Shown: one piece after another, positions 1-4,908 of the stretch
Layout of the letters: every line of letters begins with the position of its first letter
Numbering within the stretch: the stretch's first letter is position 1
Source of the DNA: a virus
Virus record (IMG/VR): IMGVR_UViG_3300031110_000470
Coordinates: 1-6,934 of that record
DNA: 6,934 bases
Reading direction: 5' to 3' (one strand)
Translations under genes and position numbers: made by a program
The notes under the pieces: generated by a model
Databases searched by the model: none
What the model was told of the DNA's origin: nothing
The model's input: the letters and a program-made list of their open reading frames with translations, nothing else

Positions 1-113
1 TCCATTTCTTAAAATTCCTTAACCAGTGCACTTTTTATAATGACGTTGTTCTTCTTCACGATAAAAAAAGACTCGCATACATTTTGGACATTCATAAAAA
101 GAGAACATGGCTT
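1..113. repeat. Terminal direct repeat, copy 1 (identical to 6822..6934); circular wrap-around
   Basis: Base-by-base comparison by eye: tccatttcttaaaattccttaaccagtgc...gagaacatggctt occurs at both window ends with an offset of 6821. Confidence 0.9.
19..108 (-). CDS. 29-aa C2HC zinc-finger-like mini-protein (not in the supplied ORF track)
   Basis: Hand translation gives MFSFYECPKCMRVFFYREEEQRHYKKCTG, with the pattern Y-x-C-x2-C-x3-F-x8-H-x3-C. It starts 6 nt after the stop of the 77-aa ORF and ends 13 nt before the ATG of the 62-aa ORF (wrap-around), so it exactly fills the gap. There is no clear SD, so reinitiation coupling is plausible. Confidence 0.45.
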   Translation of the reverse strand: MFSFYECPKCMRVFFYREEEQRHYKKCTG

Positions 114-114
114 A

Positions 115-348
115 TTACAGATCTTGTGATGAGAAAATTAGGCCGTTATTTCTTGAATGCAGAATAAGTTGAGGAATGGTTTCACCAGTTGCTGCAAGAG
201 CAGAGAGAGTAGCTAAATCTTGTGGTTTATCAGCATTGATATATTTACGAACGGTTTCCTGAACCTCGATGTAAAAATAAGGCGTAAGACCATCTTTTTT
301 CATGCCAGTTTTAATTTGAGCTTGTTCAACAAGGGTTTTAATTGACAT
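115..348 (-). CDS. Putative ssDNA-binding protein (gene V position); alternatively a small DNA-binding regulator
   Basis: The 77-aa ORF sits between rep and the coat genes. Its N-terminus MSIKTLVEQAQIKTGMKKDGLTPYFYIEVQ resembles my recollection of f1 gVp (MIKVEIKPSQAQFTTRSGVSRQGKPYSLNEQ) through a QAQ..T..G....G.PY...E.Q pattern. An AGG SD-like element lies about 8 nt upstream, and the TTGACA promoter is upstream of that. Confidence 0.45.
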   Translation of the reverse strand: MSIKTLVEQAQIKTGMKKDGLTPYFYIEVQETVRKYINADKPQDLATLSALAATGETIPQLILHSRNNGLIFSSQDL

Positions 349-392
349 TTTTTTACCTATGTATTTATACGGTTAATAAAATTTGTACAATA

Positions 393-421
393 AGTATGTT
401 GTCATGTTGTCATATTGTCAA
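393..421 (-). promoter_or_regulatory. Sigma70-like promoter for the minus-strand structural operon
   Basis: The minus strand reads TTGACA (421..416), a 17-nt spacer ATATGACAACATGACAA, then CATACT (398..393). The spacer is made of the 8-bp iterons. Confidence 0.55.
396..419. repeat. Three tandem 8-bp iterons: ATGTTGTC ATGTTGTC ATATTGTC
   Basis: Read directly: 396-403, 404-411 and 412-419. The stretch 396-413 matches 2041-2058 at 17 of 18 positions. Confidence 0.85.
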
Positions 422-423
422 TA

Positions 424-444
424 CATCAAGTTATCAAATTGATA
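424..444 (-). promoter_or_regulatory. 13-bp palindrome TATCAA-A-TTGATA (432..444) followed on the minus strand by AACTTGATG (432..424); candidate Rep nick site or operator
   Basis: The minus strand reads TATCAATTTGATAACTTGATGTATTGACA. AACTTGAT is identical to the core of the phiX174 origin (CAACTTGATATT) and contains the CTTGAT of the pC194/pUB110 nick consensus CTTGATA. Confidence 0.4.
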
Positions 445-469
445 GACTAAATTATTTAAGGTGTATAAA
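439..469 (+). promoter_or_regulatory. Possible plus-strand promoter for the divergent RHH gene
   Basis: TTGATA (439-444), a 19-nt spacer, then TATAAA (464-469). The -35 lies inside the 13-bp palindrome. The spacing is long, so this is a weak call. Confidence 0.3.
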
Positions 470-483
470 AGGTTGAAAAGTAA

Positions 484-672
484 ATGATTTCTGCTTATTT
501 GAGAATCAACAAGAAGGAGGAAAAATCACTGATGGATCTGTCACAAGAAGTAAACAGACAGAGATTAGATCTTAAAATGGGAGTTATGAAGGAAAGTGAA
601 ATTCTGCATGAACTCATAAATGAAGCATTTAAAAAAGCACATGCAGAGGATGGAAAAATTAAGTTAAAGTAA
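484..672 (+). CDS. CopG-like ribbon-helix-helix DNA-binding protein; the only plus-strand gene; candidate repressor
   Basis: A 62-aa ORF. KSLMDLSQEVNRQRLDLKMGVMKESEILHELINEAFKK aligns by eye with pMV158 CopG (KRLTITLSESVLENLEKMAREMGLSKSAMISVALENYKK). An alternative start is ATG 532, 11 nt after GGAGG (516-520), but it would truncate the beta-strand. The 3' end overlaps the rep 3' end by 14 nt in convergent orientation. Confidence 0.55.
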   Translation: MISAYLRINKKEEKSLMDLSQEVNRQRLDLKMGVMKESEILHELINEAFKKAHAEDGKIKLK

Positions 673-1957
673 AAGAATTAAATATTACTGGAGGAATTTC
701 ATCAATAAATTTAGGAATAGAAACCTCAATTGAATTGATTTCTTCCAGTATTAAAATCTCATATTCAGCAAGAGAACTGATAAGAGATTCAGCAGATCCA
801 CTACCCAAATTACCGTTAAGTTTATCTTGAGTAATACAATCTAAAAATTCTGCTCGTTTCTTATATTTGCAAAGTAAATGAAAAGCCATATCTTCAATAT
901 TTGTTAAAAATTCTGCTTCATCTAAAACAGAATCAGCAATTTGATCATCTGAAATATCTTTAATAGCAAAAGCATGTTTTAAGCCACGAGAAAAAACAAG
1001 TTGCCTAGCTCCTTTAAAAGCAATTGCAAATTCTTGAAAAAGTTTAGAAGGACGTTTTTCAAAAATTAAATCATCTTTTTCAGATAGCCTAAGCAAATCA
1101 AAAGGAGTAAAAGTTTCATTACCCTTTTTAACATGACCTTTTGTCATTTCATGCTCTATACCCCATTTCCCTACATATTGATCAGCATAAGTACCATCTT
1201 GAAAATCACAAGCAATGAACTTTTCATGCTCTTTAACTTTACGAATACCAACAGCAGCTAATGAAGATCTCCAGTGATCAGCCATAACTTCATGTAATTC
1301 AGAAAATTCATGTATTGATAAATATTTATCAGAAAAAACTAAAATATGATGATGAGGATGCCAACCATTTTGGCCGTGTGTAACTTCATAATTTGTAACA
1401 TGAAAACGTTTACCCATAAGATGATCAAAGATATAACGACCTTTACGATCAGAAAAAAACTTTTTCATAGCTTCTTTTTGTTTTTCACGAAGATCAGACA
1501 AACGATCTTGAGCATAATGAGGATTTGTAAGAGTAATTAAATAAGTATAGCCCTGGACAAATTCAGGTAAAAAAACAGGAGGGCCAATAAAGTCATCTTG
1601 TTGTTTAACTGGAGAATAAAGTGTAATACCTTTTTTCCAACGTTCATTAATCGAAGCAAGTTCAGTACGTCTTTTTTCAGTAATTTTTTTAGCACAAACA
1701 GGACAAACCCAGACAGAGCCACAACGAATAACATTTCCAAAATGAGCTTTTTTAGTTGACTCATTCCAACAAACATTAACTAATTCTGATTTGTTTATCT
1801 TTCGTTTCAAACAGTATTTAACACGGAACTTATGTTGAAGGAGTTTTGAGGCTTGATCCTGTAAAAGATAGTCAGAGAGCCGGTTTTGATCAATTGCGGA
1901 GTGAGATTTCGTAAGTATACCAAGAGACCCCAAAATTTGACTTGTAGCAACATTCAT
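659..1957 (-). CDS. rep: Rolling-circle replication initiator (HUH endonuclease, Rep_1/pC194-like with a phiX174-like double Tyr)
   Basis: A 432-aa ORF. It has a Cys cluster CGSVWVCPVCAKK (aa 79-91) as in pC194-type Rep (CKNRFCPVCAWRK), and a motif 1-like YLITLT (aa 139-144). The HUH motif is GWHPHHHILVF (aa 198-208, verified on DNA around 1337-1363). The Tyr motif is YADQYVGKW (Y257 and Y261, YxxxYxxK). An AGGA SD lies 9 nt upstream. Confidence 0.9.
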   Translation of the reverse strand: MNVATSQILGSLGILTKSHSAIDQNRLSDYLLQDQASKLLQHKFRVKYCLKRKINKSELVNVCWNESTKKAHFGNVIRCGSVWVCPVCAKKITEKRRTELASINERWKKGITLYSPVKQQDDFIGPPVFLPEFVQGYTYLITLTNPHYAQDRLSDLREKQKEAMKKFFSDRKGRYIFDHLMGKRFHVTNYEVTHGQNGWHPHHHILVFSDKYLSIHEFSELHEVMADHWRSSLAAVGIRKVKEHEKFIACDFQDGTYADQYVGKWGIEHEMTKGHVKKGNETFTPFDLLRLSEKDDLIFEKRPSKLFQEFAIAFKGARQLVFSRGLKHAFAIKDISDDQIADSVLDEAEFLTNIEDMAFHLLCKYKKRAEFLDCITQDKLNGNLGSGSAESLISSLAEYEILILEEINSIEVSIPKFIDEIPPVIFNSFTLT

Positions 1958-1992
1958 TTATAATATTCCTATGTGTTAGCAGTACACAGACC

Positions 1993-2027
1993 GAAAAGAA
2001 CCCGCCCGCCAAGATGGGTTTTTTTTC
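1993..2027. promoter_or_regulatory. Long stem-loop between the RHH gene and rep; candidate origin hairpin, attenuator or bidirectional terminator
   Basis: GAAAAGAACCC (1993-2003) pairs with GGGTTTTTTTT (2016-2026), with one G-T wobble, around a 12-nt GC-rich loop (2004-2015). The minus-strand loop reads ATCTTGGCGGGC and contains TCTTG. An A-tract, stem and T-tract arrangement is present on both strands. Confidence 0.5.
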
Positions 2028-2040
2028 GTCTATTGTTTTT

Positions 2041-2056
2041 ATGTTGTCATGTTATC
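2041..2056. repeat. Second iteron set: ATGTTGTC ATGTTATC
   Basis: Read directly. It matches 396-413 at 17 of 18 positions (2041-2058), overlaps the RHH stop codon (2055-2057) and lies 14 nt from the hairpin. Confidence 0.8.
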
Positions 2057-2216
2057 ATTTTTTACCATTAAATAAATCTTGCTGCTGATTTTTCTTAATA
2101 TAATCCTTCATGAATTTTCTTAATTCTTGAGCAGCAGTTGATTCATTATTCTTACAAATAGAAATAAAGTGATCTTTTAAATCTTTATCAACACGGATTG
2201 GGAATTGAACTTCCAT
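2055..2216 (-). CDS. 53-aa ribbon-helix-helix regulator upstream of rep (copG-like position)
   Basis: I start at Met23 of the 75-aa track ORF: MEVQFPIRVDKDLKDHFISICKNNESTAAQELRKFMKDYIKKNQQQDLFNGKK. This gives a beta-strand VQFPIRV, helix A KDLKDHFISICK and helix B STAAQELRKFMKDYIKK. The discarded 22 codons read through an AT-rich palindrome and give MYCLIFLFIYTLYIRNIYRVFF. Confidence 0.7.
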   Translation of the reverse strand: MEVQFPIRVDKDLKDHFISICKNNESTAAQELRKFMKDYIKKNQQQDLFNGKK

Positions 2217-2222
2217 AAAAAA

Positions 2223-2253
2223 TACTCTGTATATATTGCGTATATACAGAGTA
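2223..2253. promoter_or_regulatory. Perfect 13-bp inverted repeat with a 5-bp spacer (TACTCTGTATATA ttgcg TATATACAGAGTA); operator overlapping a -10 element
   Basis: Arms 2223-2235 and 2241-2253 are exact reverse complements. On the minus strand TTGTTT, 16 nt and TATACT precede or overlap the repeat, 7 nt upstream of the RHH ATG. Confidence 0.7.
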
Positions 2254-2287
2254 TATATAAATAAAAAGATTAAACAATACAAAGTGG

Positions 2288-2383
2288 CTAAAAAATCGCA
2301 TATAAAAGACGTATTAAAAAACCAACAACTAAAAGCATTATAAAAAACTTAAAACACCACTTAAAAAATCCTTTGAAATCCAT
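2288..2383 (-). CDS. 31-aa hydrophobic mini-protein (not in the track)
   Basis: Hand translation gives MDFKGFFKWCFKFFIMLLVVGFLIRLLYAIF. A GAGGGG SD lies 2-4 nt upstream of the ATG (2383..2381) and the stop is TAG at 2290..2288. Confidence 0.45.
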   Translation of the reverse strand: MDFKGFFKWCFKFFIMLLVVGFLIRLLYAIF

Positions 2384-2421
2384 ATCCCCTCAGTGGCTAA
2401 AAATTAAATTGAGTAAAAAAA

Positions 2422-2526
2422 TCAGTATTCTTTATCATTCCAATAAAGCCAAATCAACAAAGGACAAGCAAAGAAAGTTAAAGAGAATGTCGCTATAACA
2501 AACCATAAATCAATATCAATATCCAT
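2422..2526 (-). CDS. 34-aa hydrophobic mini-protein (not in the track)
   Basis: Hand translation gives MDIDIDLWFVIATFSLTFFACPLLIWLYWNDKEY, with one TM-length hydrophobic core. A weak SD (GGATAGG) is present and the stop is TGA at 2424..2422. Confidence 0.4.
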   Translation of the reverse strand: MDIDIDLWFVIATFSLTFFACPLLIWLYWNDKEY

Positions 2527-2575
2527 TAACCTATCCAGTAATCTTTACCTGCATCTTATTATACGAAATATCAGA

Positions 2576-2749
2576 CTATTCATGATCATCAAAATGTTGC
2601 TGATATTCAGCATTAGGAATGAGGTGATTACAAAGGGAACAATATGTATATTCAGTGTTGATCTTAATCAAAACTTTCTGATTGTCTATAACACCTCTGT
2701 CTAAATAAGTTTCATAAATATCTTCTAATTCATCTTTAGTAAAATACAT
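2576..2749 (-). CDS. 57-aa C2H2 zinc-finger-like protein (not in the track)
   Basis: Hand translation gives MYFTKDELEDIYETYLDRGVIDNQKVLIKINTEYTYCSLCNHLIPNAEYQQHFDDHE, with the pattern Y-x-C-x2-C-x11-H-x3-H. A GGAGAG SD lies 4-5 nt upstream and the stop is TAG at 2578..2576. Confidence 0.55.
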   Translation of the reverse strand: MYFTKDELEDIYETYLDRGVIDNQKVLIKINTEYTYCSLCNHLIPNAEYQQHFDDHE

Positions 2750-2767
2750 TGATCTCTCCAGTAGTTC

Positions 2768-2784
2768 GCGCCCATGCGGGACGC
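2768..2784. other. GC-rich hairpin in the gap between the 118-aa and 57-aa ORFs
   Basis: GCGCCC (2768-2773), loop ATGC, then GGG-a-CGC (2778-2784): a 6-bp GC stem with one bulge and no adjacent T-tract on the coding strand. Confidence 0.5.
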
Positions 2785-2822
2785 TCTGATTCTAAGTTTT
2801 AGGTTTTAAAGGGAGCTTGTAA

Positions 2823-3179
2823 TCAGAGAGAAGAAGTTTCGGAATTTTGATTTCCCGATTCACTCGTAGACACTCGCTCTGTTTCTAAACGTTTAAGCAT
2901 CGAGCGATGAAAACCTATATAAAATTTTCTTCTTTTTAATTTATTCTCGAATAATATTTCTTCTGCTCTTTCTTTTGATACATAAGTACCTTTAATAGAT
3001 CTATAAAGATAGCCTTCTTCTGTTTTTACACGTGTTGGGAAATTAATCTGACGTATAATTTTTTTATAAAACCTATATAAAATAGAAGAAAAAAAGAGAC
3101 CAAAAAAACAAGAAAAAATAGCTATAAAAGTGATTAATTGATGTAAAGCATTTAAATCATTAAGTGTTAAAGGATTCAT
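2823..3179 (-). CDS. 118-aa single-pass membrane protein of unknown function, translationally coupled to the Zot-like gene
   Basis: An ATGA start/stop overlap with the upstream gene at 3176-3179 and a GAGG SD 7 nt upstream. The N-terminal TM is LITFIAIFSCFFGLFFSSILY, the C-terminal part is basic (KLKRRKFYIGFHRSMLKRLE) and the tail is Ser-rich. Confidence 0.7.
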   Translation of the reverse strand: MNPLTLNDLNALHQLITFIAIFSCFFGLFFSSILYRFYKKIIRQINFPTRVKTEEGYLYRSIKGTYVSKERAEEILFENKLKRRKFYIGFHRSMLKRLETERVSTSESGNQNSETSSL

Positions 3180-4624
3180 ATAGACGCCTCATTTTGTGCA
3201 GTTTGTGCAACTTGCGGTTGTGATTTAAGTTGTTGTTGTGATTGATTTTGTTGTTTAGCAAAATAATTAAAAGGACGGTATCCGGATAACCATTTTCTAC
3301 AGTCTTCTTGAGAAACGTTTTGCATGAAATTGCCTTGTTGATCTACAGCCATTAATTTACCACTGGAGAGCTTCATTACTCCGGACATTCTTGGAAAATC
3401 AGTAGGAGTTACTTGTGGCTGATATTCAAAATCGTAAGGCTTATTTGGATTATAAGAGACAGCTTGCACTACAGCTCCGCTTGCAGTTACAGAATTATTA
3501 TTTTTAGATAAATCATTAAACCATTGGACACATTCAGGCTTTTCAACATTAACCGCCTTTCTACATTCAAGACTTAAAGTATTATTTGCTTGTTGAGCGT
3601 AAGGATTTGATTGTTTTGCAGTATCAACTTTTTGCATTATTCCGGAAGTTTGAGCAGTTTCAGGCTTTTTGTTGTCAGTACCTTCATTAAAAATCGTACC
3701 ACCTGAAAAGCCGCGATACATCATAACCAAGCCTATGCAAAGACCGAAAGCATAAAGCAAAAGTTTTTTAGGTAAATTGATCTTATGCGTATGCATCGTT
3801 GACGAGGTATACATCTTAAAAACTTTCTTAGGATAAGAAAATCTAAAGGTACGTTCAGCAGCTCGCTTTTTAGAAAATGAGTTAGGATCAACAACAGAAT
3901 AAGACCAAACATGAACATAAGCTTGAGGTAATCCCCAAGGTCTGAACAAGTGAAAATGTTGACCAACTACAGCACGAACCTCTGTGTGAATCAAAATAGG
4001 AAATTGAGTGATAAACCAAATATCAAATCCACGGTGACGATGTACAGTCAGATCCTCAATGATTGGATTCTTTGCTTTGGTATTTTTATAAATAGGACGA
4101 TTTTGTACTTCATCATAAAAGATAATTGAACCATCCGGACATTCGCGCCAATCATCAGGACTATGCAAAACATCATCTACACGAAGGCCATTAATATCAG
4201 AATAAATCTGACGTACTGGAGGAATCATTTTGAAGCTAAGACCAGTCGTTTTATTGACGAAATTAGCAATCAAATTATAAGAAGTAGAAAGATAGTAATG
4301 TTTAGGCGTTACTTTTTCAGAATAGAAATCTGTAAAATCATAATGATTAAAACAAGAAAAATAATCATCAAGGGTTATTTCTTTACCATCATGAGCTTGC
4401 AAAGCAAGACGCAATTCAGCAAATAAGTTTTGATTTCCTTTGAACTCGACAAGATCAACAACGAGTTTTTTATCTTGGTTTTTAGCAAGTAATTCAAGAT
4501 TATGAATATAGTAATCACGTGCTTTAGGTAAATTAGCCTGATTTAACTCATGCGCTTTAATAAGTTGCATTGTTGCATAGAGAGTTTTGCCAACACCTGG
4601 AGGAGCAGTAACTAAATTAATCAT
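3176..4624 (-). CDS. zot: Zot/pI-family filamentous-phage assembly ATPase
   Basis: A 482-aa ORF with Walker A APPGVGKT (aa 7-14), Walker B-like SIIFYDE (aa 166-172) and the Zot-typical HRHRGFDIWFITQ (aa 195-207). It has one central TM LLLYAFGLCIGLVMMY (about aa 288-303) and a C-terminal extracytoplasmic domain with a Gln-rich tail. The position after the pVI-like gene fits. Confidence 0.92.
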   Translation of the reverse strand: MINLVTAPPGVGKTLYATMQLIKAHELNQANLPKARDYYIHNLELLAKNQDKKLVVDLVEFKGNQNLFAELRLALQAHDGKEITLDDYFSCFNHYDFTDFYSEKVTPKHYYLSTSYNLIANFVNKTTGLSFKMIPPVRQIYSDINGLRVDDVLHSPDDWRECPDGSIIFYDEVQNRPIYKNTKAKNPIIEDLTVHRHRGFDIWFITQFPILIHTEVRAVVGQHFHLFRPWGLPQAYVHVWSYSVVDPNSFSKKRAAERTFRFSYPKKVFKMYTSSTMHTHKINLPKKLLLYAFGLCIGLVMMYRGFSGGTIFNEGTDNKKPETAQTSGIMQKVDTAKQSNPYAQQANNTLSLECRKAVNVEKPECVQWFNDLSKNNNSVTASGAVVQAVSYNPNKPYDFEYQPQVTPTDFPRMSGVMKLSSGKLMAVDQQGNFMQNVSQEDCRKWLSGYRPFNYFAKQQNQSQQQLKSQPQVAQTAQNEASI

Positions 4625-4908
4625 GAGCGAGCCTTTAAAAATAGTTGTGATGAATTTTGAGCCATTGCAGCAATAAGAGCCGTTAAAACAATCTGTATAT
4701 AAATATCTAAACCACTCATATGTATGAGATTGGCACCAAATCCAGAGACACCTGAAAGTGAATTGATGTAATCATTTATGTACTGTTCTAATAAAAGGCT
4801 ATGAAGTGCATAAGAGGCAACAGAAATGCCAGCCCCAGTAAGAACACGTGATAACCATCCATCTTGGGAGGATTTAGTAACAGAAGCTAAAGCAGACCAA
4901 AAAGACAT
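4621..4908 (-). CDS. pVI-like minor coat / membrane protein
   Basis: A 95-aa hydrophobic protein with at least two hydrophobic segments, lying between the pIII-like and Zot-like genes. A perfect AGGAGG SD lies 5 nt upstream. There is a TAATG overlap with the upstream gene and an ATGA overlap with the downstream gene. Confidence 0.7.
   Translation of the reverse strand: MSFWSALASVTKSSQDGWLSRVLTGAGISVASYALHSLLLEQYINDYINSLSGVSGFGANLIHMSGLDIYIQIVLTALIAAMAQNSSQLFLKARS

Noticed and set aside
1346-1540. 64-aa plus-strand ORF inside rep
   Set aside because: It is fully embedded antisense in the well-supported Rep ORF. The translation is low-complexity and typical of AT-rich antisense frames, with no SD or motif.
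1537-1776. 79-aa minus-strand ORF overlapping rep in another frame
   Set aside because: It is an alternative frame of the Rep coding region, which here carries the conserved Cys cluster. The Leu/Lys/Phe-rich product looks like a frame artefact.
2023-2050. dif-like arrangement TTTTCGTCTAT / tgttt / TTATGTTGTCA
   Set aside because: The arms match dif consensus at only about 8/11 and 7/11, and the spacer is 5 nt, not 6-8. The sequence is already explained by the hairpin T-tract and the iterons.
2235-2262. dif-like reading of ATTGCGTATAT-acagag-TATATATAAAT
   Set aside because: The XerD-side match is poor (about 5-6 of 11), and the segment is the right half of a perfect 13-bp operator palindrome, which is the simpler explanation.
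2217-2282. N-terminal 22 codons of the 75-aa track ORF (MYCLIFLFIYTLYIRNIYRVFF)
   Set aside because: These codons read straight through the 13-bp inverted repeat and TATA-rich promoter DNA. The RHH fold begins at Met23, so I call the CDS from 2216.
2283-2403. 12-bp direct repeat AGTGGCTAAAAA (2283-2294 and 2392-2403) bracketing the 31-aa ORF
   Set aside because: An exact 12-mer pair is roughly what chance gives in an AT-rich 6.9-kb sequence. The two flanked peptides are not evidently paralogous. I kept it only as a note.
3794-3814. Internal in-frame Met271/Met277 just before the Zot TM helix as a pXI-like restart
   Set aside because: The position is analogous to Ff gene XI, but I see no convincing SD upstream of either ATG. 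It cannot be supported from sequence alone.
3733-3966. 77-aa minus-strand ORF inside the Zot-like gene
   Set aside because: It is an out-of-frame overlap with a confidently assigned ATPase gene and has no independent signals.
4163-4426. 87-aa plus-strand ORF antisense to the Zot-like gene
   Set aside because: It is antisense within the conserved N-terminal ATPase domain, and its Ile/Lys/Arg-rich composition is typical of spurious AT-rich ORFs.
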